Positions 45,274-53,361 of a DNA stretch of 64,000 bases are shown here, one piece after another. Source of the stretch: Oscillospiraceae bacterium (GTDB lineage Bacteria; Bacillota; Clostridia; Oscillospirales; CAG-272). The position numbers and the translations under genes are program-made. The notes under the pieces are model-generated. The model was not told the origin of the DNA and did no database searches. It was given only the letters and a program-made list of their open reading frames with translations. The stretch lies in the NCBI GenBank assembly GCA_015063695.1, contig SVTQ01000010.1, forward strand, positions 609-64,608, read 5' to 3'. Every line of letters starts with the position of its first letter. Position 1 is the stretch's first letter.

Positions 45274-46044
45274 ATGTCAAAACCGGTAGTTATAGCATTT
45301 GCAAACCAGAAAGGCGGTGTTGGTAAGACAACGTCCGCGGTTAACATAGCGGCTGCAATCGGCGCTCTCGGTCACACAGTTCTACTTTGTGATCTTGACC
45401 CTCAGGGTAATGCCACCAGCGGCACCGGAATAAACAAAAAAGCCATACAGCGTTCATCATATGAAGCTCTTCTCGGTCAATGCACCCCTGATTCTGCGGT
45501 AATTAAGACAAAATGGAAGAATTTATCCGTAATGCCTTCAACGATCAACCTTGCAGGTGCAGAAATCGATCTTATTGATGTGGAAAACAGAGAAAGATGC
45601 CTCGACAGAGTAATAAACGGGCTTACGGAGAATTTCGATTACATAGTTATTGACTGTCCTCCGTCCCTCGGCATGCTTACCATAAATGCTCTGACATGCT
45701 GCGACGGCGTTGTTATTCCCATGCAGTGCGAGTACTTCGCTCTCGAAGGTCTCTCGCAGCTTATGATAACAATCAAAAAAGTAAAACAGAGATTTAATAA
45801 AAACCTCTGTATTATGGGTATACTTATTACAATGTATAACGGCAGACTTAATCTGTCAGCTCAGGTTGTTGACGAGCTTAAAAAATACTATGCAGATAAG
45901 CTCTTCAAAACAACTATTTCAAGAAACGTCAAGGTTTCCGAAGCTCCAAGCTTCGGCGAGCCTGTTATATACTACGACAAATATTCCAAGGGTAGCCTTG
46001 CATACATGGACGTTGCAAAAGAGCTCCTCGACAGAATTTGTTGA
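45274..46044 (+). CDS. soj: Chromosome partitioning ATPase ParA/Soj
   Basis: Deviant Walker A NQKGGVGKTT, DCPPSLG. 256 aa. Followed by parB. Confidence 0.95.
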   Translation: MSKPVVIAFANQKGGVGKTTSAVNIAAAIGALGHTVLLCDLDPQGNATSGTGINKKAIQRSSYEALLGQCTPDSAVIKTKWKNLSVMPSTINLAGAEIDLIDVENRERCLDRVINGLTENFDYIVIDCPPSLGMLTINALTCCDGVVIPMQCEYFALEGLSQLMITIKKVKQRFNKNLCIMGILITMYNGRLNLSAQVVDELKKYYADKLFKTTISRNVKVSEAPSFGEPVIYYDKYSKGSLAYMDVAKELLDRIC

Positions 46045-46099
46045 TAACTTATAATATATATTATAAGTACCTCAAAATACATGAAGGAAAGGTGAAATA

Positions 46100-46981
46100 A
46101 TGGCAAAGAAACAGTCACTTGGTAAAGGTCTCGACCTTATATTTGACGACAACACACCCGAAAGCAATAACCAGATAGCACACATCTCCATTGAGTCCCT
46201 TCATCCAAGAAAAAATCAGCCCCGTAAATACTTTGACAGTGATGCTCTTTCCGAGCTTGCGAATTCTATTTCTATTCACGGTGTAATTCAGCCCATAATC
46301 GCAAGGGATATGAAAAACGGAACCTACGAGATCATCGCAGGCGAAAGAAGATACAGAGCATCAAAGCTGGCAGGTCTTTCCGAAATTCCCTGTATTATTA
46401 TGGAAGCGGACGAGCTTCTGACAGCTCAGCTTGCGCTTATTGAAAACATTCAGCGCGAAGACTTAAATCCCATTGAAGAAGCTAAGGCTTATAAGGCCCT
46501 TATAGACAGCTACGGAATGTCCCACGAAGAAGTTGCGTCAAAAGTAGGTAAGAGCCGCTCGGCAATTACAAACAGTATGCGTCTTATGGATCTTCCCGAA
46601 GAAATTCTTGATATACTTGCAAGAGGCGAGCTTTCCGCAGGCCACTGCAGAGCACTTCTCGGTCTTCGTGACAGAAGCCGTATAGTGGAGATCGCAGAAC
46701 GCGCCGCAAGCAGAAATCTTTCTGTTCGTGACGTTGAATCAATTGTCAGAAAACTCAACAAACAAACGGAAGAAAAGGCAGAAGAAATTTCCTCGGAAGC
46801 CGCGCTCTCTGTCAACTACTACAAGGAGCTTGAAAACAAAGCTACAGACATGGCCGGCCGCCGTGTTAAGATCACAGCAGGTAAAAATAAGAACTTCCTT
46901 CAGATAGAATATACAGATAACCGTGATCTTGAAGCCATTCTCATAAAGCTTTGCGGTAACAATATTATAGAAGAAGAATAA
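46100..46981 (+). CDS. spo0J: Chromosome partitioning protein ParB/Spo0J
   Basis: GVIQPIIAR, IIAGERRYRAS (CTP-binding Arg patch), HTH SHEEVASKVGKSRSAITNSMRL. Confidence 0.95.
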   Translation: MAKKQSLGKGLDLIFDDNTPESNNQIAHISIESLHPRKNQPRKYFDSDALSELANSISIHGVIQPIIARDMKNGTYEIIAGERRYRASKLAGLSEIPCIIMEADELLTAQLALIENIQREDLNPIEEAKAYKALIDSYGMSHEEVASKVGKSRSAITNSMRLMDLPEEILDILARGELSAGHCRALLGLRDRSRIVEIAERAASRNLSVRDVESIVRKLNKQTEEKAEEISSEAALSVNYYKELENKATDMAGRRVKITAGKNKNFLQIEYTDNRDLEAILIKLCGNNIIEEE

Positions 46982-47014
46982 TTTCCATTTTTTGGTAATA
47001 AAGAGGTAGATAAA

Positions 47015-48304
47015 ATGATCGATATTAAACTTATAAAAGAAAACCCCGAAGACGTAGTTGCAAGACTGGCGGCAAAGGGTAAGGATGCAGAAAATGAGAT
47101 AAAGAGAATTCTCGAACTTGACGAAGAACGCCGTTCTCTTATCGCTGAAACAGAAAATAAGAAGGCTGAACAGAACAAGCAGACAAAGCTCGTTCCTCAG
47201 CTCAAGAAGGAAGGCAAGGATGTAACTCCCATTTTCGCAAAAATGAAGGAGCTTGGTGCAGAAGTTAAGGCAGGCGAAGCAAAGCTTGCTGAGGTTGAAG
47301 CAGAATATAACGAGCTCATGCTCGGTCTTCCCAACCTTCCCGACCGTGACCTCGCTCCCGGCGGCAAGGAAAACAACGAGCCTATCAGATACTACGGTGA
47401 ACCTCACGTATTTGATTTCACACCCAAGAACCACGTTGACCTTTGCACATCCTGCGGCCTTATAGACTACGAAAGAGGCGTAAAGCTCTCCGGCAACGGC
47501 TTCTGGATCTATAAGGGTCTCGGAGCGAGACTTGAATGGGCGCTTCTCAACTACTTTATCGACACTCACCTCGGTGACGGCTACGAGCTCGTTCTCGTTC
47601 CCCACATGCTTGGCTACGAATGCGGTCTCACAGCAGGTCAGTTCCCCAAGTTCAAGGACGAAGTATACTGGCTTGACACAGCAGAAGACGAACGCCGCCG
47701 CTTCATGCTTCCCACAGCTGAAACTGCTCTCGTTTCTCTCCACCGCGACGAAATACTTACAGAAGCAGACCTTCCCAAAAAATACATCTCCTACACACCT
47801 TGCTTCCGCCGCGAAGCAGGCTCTTACAGAGCAGACGAGCGCGGTATGGTAAGAGGACATCAGTTCAACAAGGTTGAAATGGTTCAGTACACAAAGCCCG
47901 AAGATTCCGATGCGGCATTTGAAGAACTCGTAGGAAAGGCTGAAGCTCTCGTTAAAGGCCTCGGCTTCCACTTCAGAACTGTTAAGCTTGCGGCAGCAGA
48001 CTGTTCTGCATCCATGGCAAGAACATACGATATCGAAATTCACATCCCCTCTATGGACGGCTACAAGGAAGTTTCCTCCGTTTCCAACGCAAGAGATTAC
48101 CAGGCACGCCGCGGCATGATGAGATTCAGAAGAAACGAAGGCGGCAAGCCCGAATTCCTCCACACTCTCAACGGTTCCGGCCTTGCAACAAGCCGTATTC
48201 TTCCCGCCATCGTAGAACAGAACCAGAACGCTGACGGCTCCGTTACAGTTCCCGAGGTACTCCGCAAGTACATCGGCGTTGACGTAATAAAGCCCATTAA
48301 GTAA
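47015..48304 (+). CDS. serS: Serine--tRNA ligase
   Basis: N-terminal coiled-coil arm. Class II motifs (FRREAGS, GSGLATSRILPAIVEQ). Confidence 0.95.
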   Translation: MIDIKLIKENPEDVVARLAAKGKDAENEIKRILELDEERRSLIAETENKKAEQNKQTKLVPQLKKEGKDVTPIFAKMKELGAEVKAGEAKLAEVEAEYNELMLGLPNLPDRDLAPGGKENNEPIRYYGEPHVFDFTPKNHVDLCTSCGLIDYERGVKLSGNGFWIYKGLGARLEWALLNYFIDTHLGDGYELVLVPHMLGYECGLTAGQFPKFKDEVYWLDTAEDERRRFMLPTAETALVSLHRDEILTEADLPKKYISYTPCFRREAGSYRADERGMVRGHQFNKVEMVQYTKPEDSDAAFEELVGKAEALVKGLGFHFRTVKLAAADCSASMARTYDIEIHIPSMDGYKEVSSVSNARDYQARRGMMRFRRNEGGKPEFLHTLNGSGLATSRILPAIVEQNQNADGSVTVPEVLRKYIGVDVIKPIK

Positions 48305-48310
48305 TAGCGT

Positions 48311-48883
48311 ATGGGAAGATCAATTCTTGCAGCTACAGAGTACGTAAACCTTGAGTTTCACAATACTTTTATAACTCTAAAACTTGTGCTCATCGGACTT
48401 TACGCAGGGCTCCTGATTGCCCTCATAATGTCTTACTACCGTAAAATTTACCTTGGTGCCCTCGTCAGAAAGCTTCTTAAAAAAGAAGCGCTCTCCGAAG
48501 AAACAGCTCTGACCCTCAAAGAAGCAGAGGTTAATGCAGGCTACTTTATGAAAAAAGCACTTAAGGAAGGCGGTACTCTCAGAAGATATATAAACATATG
48601 CGGAGGAACTTCTCCAAAAGAGATCTCAAAGGTAAAACAAAAAATCCGCTCCTTTTTCGGTCTCGAAACGAAGCCTCAGAATTACGATTTTGACACAATG
48701 AAGCTCTATATCCCCGAGGAGATCAAATATAAAGCTGATATCGCCTTTGAAAGAGGCAATCTCAGCCCTATGCTCCTTATTATTTTCGCGGCTATTCTGA
48801 CTGCGATCTTTGTGGGAATAAACCTTGTTATTCCCGAGCTTCTCACCATGCTTGACAATTTTATCACTATCATAAAAAAATAA
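48311..48883 (+). CDS. Hypothetical membrane protein
   Basis: One N-terminal and one C-terminal TM helix with a basic soluble middle. No recognisable family. Confidence 0.45.
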   Translation: MGRSILAATEYVNLEFHNTFITLKLVLIGLYAGLLIALIMSYYRKIYLGALVRKLLKKEALSEETALTLKEAEVNAGYFMKKALKEGGTLRRYINICGGTSPKEISKVKQKIRSFFGLETKPQNYDFDTMKLYIPEEIKYKADIAFERGNLSPMLLIIFAAILTAIFVGINLVIPELLTMLDNFITIIKK

Positions 48884-48939
48884 AACGCAAGTATTCTTTT
48901 AAGCAATAAAATCATATGAAAGAATAAAGGATCTGAAAA

Positions 48940-49953
48940 ATGGGAAAGAAAAAGAATAAAAAGGTTGTAACCGAAAAGGAAAACGTAACAGAAGCTGAAG
49001 TAAAGGCTGAAGAAACAGTTGAAGAAACTGCTTCCGAAGCTAATGAAGAATCCCCCGAAATTGATGCAAAAGCTGCGGCTGAAGCTGCTGAAGAAGCTGA
49101 AATCGAAGCAGAAGCTGACAAAAAGCCCGTTGCAAACACAAAGAGCATCGTTATTACCGTAATTGCAAGCGTTGTTCTCTGCGTTGCTCTTATCGCACTT
49201 GCAGTTTATCTTCTCGGTTACAGATACATGAGCTACCGCCTTGACGACGGCACAACAGTTCAGTTTCTCGGAACAGTAAACAAGGAAAACTACCCCGTTA
49301 CAGGCAGAATTTACTATTCCAACGGTCTGACAGCTTACGTTAACTCCGAAACAGGCGAGATCAGCTACACAGACGGCACTCTCTACACAGGCGAGCTTCA
49401 AAATCTTCTCCGTCACGGCAAAGGTAAGATAGTTTATGCCAGCGGTGACACTTATGAAGGCGAATTCTCCAATGATGCCATCGGAGGCAAGGGTGTCTAC
49501 ACCTATGCTGAAGGTCATACCTATGAGGGCGAATTTAAAAACGGCCTCAAAAACGGCTACGGTAAGTACACTTGGGCAAGCGGAGCATGTTACGAAGGTA
49601 ACTACGTTGATGACAAAAAGAACGGAGAAGGTAAATTCATCTATGCTGACGGCTCCTTCTATGAAGGTCCCTTCGTTGACGATAAAAAGAACGGAAAGGG
49701 TACCTACACGTGGGCAAACGGCGACGTTTATACAGGCGATTTTGTCAATGATGAACGTACCGGAAACGGAACGATGAAGTGGGCGAACGGTGATATGTAC
49801 GTGGGCGAGTTCAAAAACGGTCAGCTCCACGGTAAAGGTGTTTCCACTGACAAGAACGGCAGAAGCTATGAAGGCTACTACGAAAACGGCGTACCCGTAA
49901 GAGGTGCCGACGCAGAAGACACTGCAGAAGATACAACAGAAGTTACTGAATAA
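48940..49953 (+). CDS. Membrane-anchored MORN-repeat protein
   Basis: Acidic N-terminus, one TM helix, then about 8 tandem 23-aa Y-x-G-(E/D)-(F/W)-x-x-(G/D)-x-x-x-G-x-G repeats (for example YEGEFKNGLKNGYGKYTWASGACYEGNYVDDKKNGEG). Confidence 0.8.
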   Translation: MGKKKNKKVVTEKENVTEAEVKAEETVEETASEANEESPEIDAKAAAEAAEEAEIEAEADKKPVANTKSIVITVIASVVLCVALIALAVYLLGYRYMSYRLDDGTTVQFLGTVNKENYPVTGRIYYSNGLTAYVNSETGEISYTDGTLYTGELQNLLRHGKGKIVYASGDTYEGEFSNDAIGGKGVYTYAEGHTYEGEFKNGLKNGYGKYTWASGACYEGNYVDDKKNGEGKFIYADGSFYEGPFVDDKKNGKGTYTWANGDVYTGDFVNDERTGNGTMKWANGDMYVGEFKNGQLHGKGVSTDKNGRSYEGYYENGVPVRGADAEDTAEDTTEVTE

Positions 49954-49962
49954 AGTATTAAA

Positions 49963-50012
49963 GGGGGCTTTTCGTGAAAAGCCCCCTTATACCCCCAAAA
50001 GCTTTTGAACGG
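49963..50012 (+). repeat. REP-like element copy D (M1+M2)
   Basis: GGGGGCTTTTCGTGAAAAGCCCCC, TTATA, CCCCCAAAAGCTTTTGAACGG. Confidence 0.8.
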
Positions 50013-50021
50013 AACAAGTTT

Positions 50022-50549
50022 ATGTATTATATTTTTTCGATTTTAACTATTGCCATAGCGGCGTTTTTTATTATTTCTCTCGCATCTGCAGATAAAAAAG
50101 AGAGCACAAAATTTACGAAAGCTCTGAAAATTTCGTCTTTCGTTTATTCCCTTGCAGGTATTATTTTTTCCGCGTCCGTTGCCGTAATTTTAAACGGCAA
50201 GCTGAAAGATACCGGCCTTACGGAAGAATACGTTTCATGGGCAAAGGATATGTTCCACGGATTTTGCCGTTTCTGTATTCTATTTTTCCTTATAATAACC
50301 TTACTCTCGTTGATTTCTTTCTTTGTAAGCAAAAAACTCAGAATTATCCGCACCCTTCTTATACTTTCCGCATCAATAATAATTCTGATTATGGGAGTTA
50401 TGTACTCCTATATTGCGTCAAACGATACCGTATCCCTTTCGGCATACGTTCAGCTTTTCGCACTGGGTATGTCTGCAGCCGCAGTATATCCCGTTTTCTT
50501 TGAATTTATAAGACTTGAAAATTCCCTTTTGAAAAAGGATAAACAATAA
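50022..50549 (+). CDS. Hypothetical polytopic membrane protein
   Basis: Five or six TM segments. Start moved to ATG 50022 because the ORF-track start 49974 lies inside REP copy D. Confidence 0.5.
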   Translation: MYYIFSILTIAIAAFFIISLASADKKESTKFTKALKISSFVYSLAGIIFSASVAVILNGKLKDTGLTEEYVSWAKDMFHGFCRFCILFFLIITLLSLISFFVSKKLRIIRTLLILSASIIILIMGVMYSYIASNDTVSLSAYVQLFALGMSAAAVYPVFFEFIRLENSLLKKDKQ

Positions 50550-51910
50550 TGAAAACAAAAAGATTACTTGCCGTTTTTCTAATTATCGCAGTGTTTTCTT
50601 CCCTTGTTTCCTGTGCTAAAGGAAACGGCCCTGAAGAAAATACCGTAAACAATGAAATGCCGGGAGAGCCCGTTATTGAAGTTACAAATGAAGCAACCAC
50701 CGAGGACGGTCTTTACGATTACGGTCTTGCAGACGGCGGCTCCACTGTTTTTCTTAAGTCCTACAACGGAAAAAATGAAAAAAGCCTCACAGTGCCGGAC
50801 ACAATTAACTCTCTTCCTGTAAAATATATCGGAAGCGACTGTTTTGCAAAGCACTCGGAGCTTGAAGAGATTACACTTCCCGACAGTGTTGAAATTATTG
50901 AAAGCTATGCCTTTAATATCTGTGACGGACTTAAAAAAGTAACTCTTCCGAAAAATCTTACAGAGATAAGAGAAGGAACTTTTTCTCAGTGCGCGACTCT
51001 TCACACCGCGGAAATACCGAGCACTGTTAAAAGTATCGGAGAAGGTGCATTCTACAACTGCGCCTCTCTTAAGACATCTCTTCCCGAAAGCCTTGTAAAC
51101 ATCTACGATTATGCTTTTTACGGCTGTATTTCCATGGAAGTTCTTTACTTCGCGGATACTGTTGAAAAAATAGGTCTCCACGCTTTTTCGGTTTGCCCGA
51201 GTGTTTCCGTTATTTCCTTCGGAGAAAACTCATCTATAAAAGAGCTCGGAGACTATGCCTTCAATCAGTGTGAAAAGGTCGAAACTCTCACTCTTCCGGA
51301 CTCCCTTATATCCCTTTCAAATGGCGCTTTTGCCAACTGCACTGCCCTTGCCCATCTTGTACTCCCTTCAAATCTTGAATCCATCGGGGAAGGAGCATTC
51401 TACGACTGCAAGGCGCTTTTCGAAGTAGCTTTCCCTAAAAGTGTTACCAAAATTGAAAACTATGCTTTCTGCGGATGCACATCTCTTGTAAAGGCAGAGC
51501 TTACTGACAGCGTTACAGACCTCGGCGAGTACGTATTCTCAGCTTGTAAGAGCCTTAAAGAGACACGTCTTCCCGAGGGTATGAAGATAATTCCCAAATA
51601 CACCTTTGCTTCCTGCGAAGCTCTCGAAGCTGTTACTATTCCCGAGTCAGTAGCAGAGATCGGTGACTTTGCTTTCTCCGCATGTGAAAAGCTCACCGCG
51701 GTAACACTTCCCGACTCAGTTTCGACCATTGGCGAAGCATCCTTTGCAGGCTGCATATCTCTCACAAAGATAAAACTTACGAAAAACGTAGAAACCATCG
51801 GAAATAACGCATTTTCCGACGTCGGCACAGATTTTACCTTTATTTGTCCCGAAGACTGTAAAGCTGCAGAATACGCAAAGAATTTTAATATAAAAGTAGC
51901 AAGTGAATAA
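50549..51910 (+). CDS. BspA-type LRR lipoprotein
   Basis: Lipobox LVSC after a signal sequence. About 14 LRR_5-type repeats (LPDSVxxIGxxAFxxCxxL). No Cys modules or dockerin. Confidence 0.8.
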   Translation: MKTKRLLAVFLIIAVFSSLVSCAKGNGPEENTVNNEMPGEPVIEVTNEATTEDGLYDYGLADGGSTVFLKSYNGKNEKSLTVPDTINSLPVKYIGSDCFAKHSELEEITLPDSVEIIESYAFNICDGLKKVTLPKNLTEIREGTFSQCATLHTAEIPSTVKSIGEGAFYNCASLKTSLPESLVNIYDYAFYGCISMEVLYFADTVEKIGLHAFSVCPSVSVISFGENSSIKELGDYAFNQCEKVETLTLPDSLISLSNGAFANCTALAHLVLPSNLESIGEGAFYDCKALFEVAFPKSVTKIENYAFCGCTSLVKAELTDSVTDLGEYVFSACKSLKETRLPEGMKIIPKYTFASCEALEAVTIPESVAEIGDFAFSACEKLTAVTLPDSVSTIGEASFAGCISLTKIKLTKNVETIGNNAFSDVGTDFTFICPEDCKAAEYAKNFNIKVASE

Positions 51911-51927
51911 TCTAATATAAAGCAAAA

Positions 51928-51951
51928 GGCACTATGTGAAAACATAGTGCC
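51928..51951 (+). repeat. Short hairpin of the HP2 family, left copy
   Basis: GGCACTATGT-GAAA-ACATAGTGCC. Same 10-bp stem as HP2 copies 1 and 2. Identical copy at 52187. Confidence 0.8.
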
Positions 51952-52186
51952 TCAGAGTGTAGACAAAGTCTACACTCTGAGTGAGACTGAGAGAAACGAA
52001 GGTAGATTTGGCGATTTTTCTCTCGTCGGCGTAGTGACCTACGGTAGAGAGGAAAACTCGCCAAAAGCAGATGTGGCGGGCGTTTTGCCCGCCTCTTGTA
52101 TGTTAGTTGTACTTCGCCGCTAAAAGTGTGGTACATCTAATTTTTGCACACACATCTGCGTTATACCGAGTTTGTCTTCAGTCTGA
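51952..52186 (+). ncRNA. Candidate structured RNA or MITE-like insert (unclassified)
   Basis: Hand-folded helices: 51952..51980 hairpin. Closing helix AGACTGA(51984)/TCAGTCT(52178). 59-nt extended hairpin 52007..52065 (TTTGGCGA/TCGCCAAA, TTTTTCTCTC/GAGAGGAAAA with one G-U, CGTAG/CTACG). Domain closed by GCAGATGTG(52067)/CACATCTGC(52151), holding GCGGGC/GCCCGC and TAGTTGTAC/GTACATCTA hairpins. No credible ORF. Strand uncertain. Confidence 0.3.
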
Positions 52187-52210
52187 GGCACTATGTGAAA
52201 ACATAGTGCC
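52187..52210 (+). repeat. Short hairpin of the HP2 family, right copy
   Basis: Identical GGCACTATGTGAAAACATAGTGCC. Preceded by TCTGAG, which complements the CTCAGA following the left copy. Confidence 0.8.
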
Positions 52211-52219
52211 TATTGTTTA

Positions 52220-52846
52220 TTAATAAGTGGGAGTATCAAGCTTCCACGTTCCGTCTTCTTCCTTCAGCATCTTGACCTTTATAGTGTCAGAAGGTTCACC
52301 GTCAATTTTAGAATCTACCGTAAATACAACGTATGACGCAGTTTTCTTTACAATTTTTATAGAATCCACGTCAAAAGTTCTTCCGTTATAAAGAATTTCG
52401 TCCTCTATATCAACTCTCTGGGTAAGAATTCCGTATTCACTTTCAATGAAACGGGCATATTCAACGATTGCCCCTGTTTTGGAATCCTTATGGCCTGTAA
52501 AAGCAATGTCAAACATACTTTCACAGTAATCTGAGGAATAAACAGATAGAGCCGCATTTTTAAGCTCTTCAACAGTCTGATAAGGATAATCTGCATGCAC
52601 GTCTGCATAAGAAGCAACTTTTATATCCACATCTTCATTAAGAGCTTCAAGAGCGTATTCATTGCTCTTCTCATCAACGTCTATTCCCTTGCCGTAAAAT
52701 ATCTCATTTATCTCACAGCTTTTTTCAAGAAGAGATGCTGCAGTATTTACCGCATCCTCATCGGAAAGACGTGAGCAGGAACAAAGAGAGAGGCACATAA
52801 TAGCCGCCAAAACAAAAGAAGTAACGGCAAAACATATTTTTTTCAT
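52220..52846 (-). CDS. Hypothetical lipoprotein
   Basis: Signal peptide with a Cys-containing lipobox-like LSLCSC. No family recognised. Confidence 0.55.
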   Translation of the reverse strand: MKKICFAVTSFVLAAIMCLSLCSCSRLSDEDAVNTAASLLEKSCEINEIFYGKGIDVDEKSNEYALEALNEDVDIKVASYADVHADYPYQTVEELKNAALSVYSSDYCESMFDIAFTGHKDSKTGAIVEYARFIESEYGILTQRVDIEDEILYNGRTFDVDSIKIVKKTASYVVFTVDSKIDGEPSDTIKVKMLKEEDGTWKLDTPTY

Positions 52847-52848
52847 TT

Positions 52849-53292
52849 TTAACTCCTTGTATTATCCTTTATTTTTTCTTTTTTTAACGATTCAGCAAAA
52901 AGTGCTGCAACAACAAAGAAGTCAAGAGCGGCTGCAATAAGATAATTGAAATTATAACCTGAAGAATACAGGAAAGCATAAATATGTACCGCAAAATCGG
53001 AAATAAGAGCAACAGAGGGGGGAAGCTTTATCCATATGGAAGCTTTCTTTTTCGTGAAGAAAAACAAAGCCATAAGGGTGATACAGATAAGATAAATTAT
53101 CGTGTAGATAATAAATACCGCAACCGATGATACGGTGGGGTCTGAAAAATCACCGTAGTAACAACCAATTGAAATAATTTCCGCAAGGGGTACGGGAAGC
53201 ATAATTCCCGAAAAAATAAATACAAGTGCTCCTGCCAAAGACAAAACGGCCATGGCAAGTACAAAAATTTTATCTATTCTATATTTTTTCAT
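52849..53292 (-). CDS. Hypothetical membrane protein
   Basis: Four TM segments. 2-nt gap to the downstream lipoprotein gene. Confidence 0.5.
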   Translation of the reverse strand: MKKYRIDKIFVLAMAVLSLAGALVFIFSGIMLPVPLAEIISIGCYYGDFSDPTVSSVAVFIIYTIIYLICITLMALFFFTKKKASIWIKLPPSVALISDFAVHIYAFLYSSGYNFNYLIAAALDFFVVAALFAESLKKEKIKDNTRS

Positions 53293-53304
53293 TTTCTTTA
53301 AATA

Positions 53305-53345
53305 GGGCGGATACTACTGTATTATAAATTACATAATATCCGCCC
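53305..53345 (-). terminator. Hairpin after gyrA
   Basis: GGGCGGATA / TATCCGCCC 9-bp stem with a 23-nt AT loop. Modest U tract on the minus strand. Confidence 0.45.
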
Positions 53346-53361
53346 TTCTGCATAAAATAAT

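Noticed and set aside
46739-48163. 474-aa ORF on the minus strand
   Set aside because: It lies entirely antisense to the well-supported serS and parB genes. Its Cys/Phe/Val-rich composition is typical of a shadow frame, and it has no RBS or recognisable domain.
48706-49830. 374-aa minus-strand ORF
   Set aside because: It is a mirror frame of the MORN-repeat gene. The periodic sequence simply reflects the repeats on the other strand.
12314-50012. Whether the recurring hairpin repeats could be a CRISPR array
   Set aside because: The copies are kilobases apart, occur in both orientations, are separated by genes, and have no regular repeat-spacer periodicity or cas genes.
49974-50021. First 16 codons of ORF 49974..50549
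   Set aside because: The sequence is REP-like copy D (MKSPLIPPKAFERNKF is the element read in frame). ATG 50022 begins the hydrophobic protein.
51912-52136. 74-aa minus-strand ORF in the structured insert
   Set aside because: It is an Arg/Leu-rich translation of hairpin-dense DNA, with its start inside the left flanking hairpin. The region is treated as noncoding.
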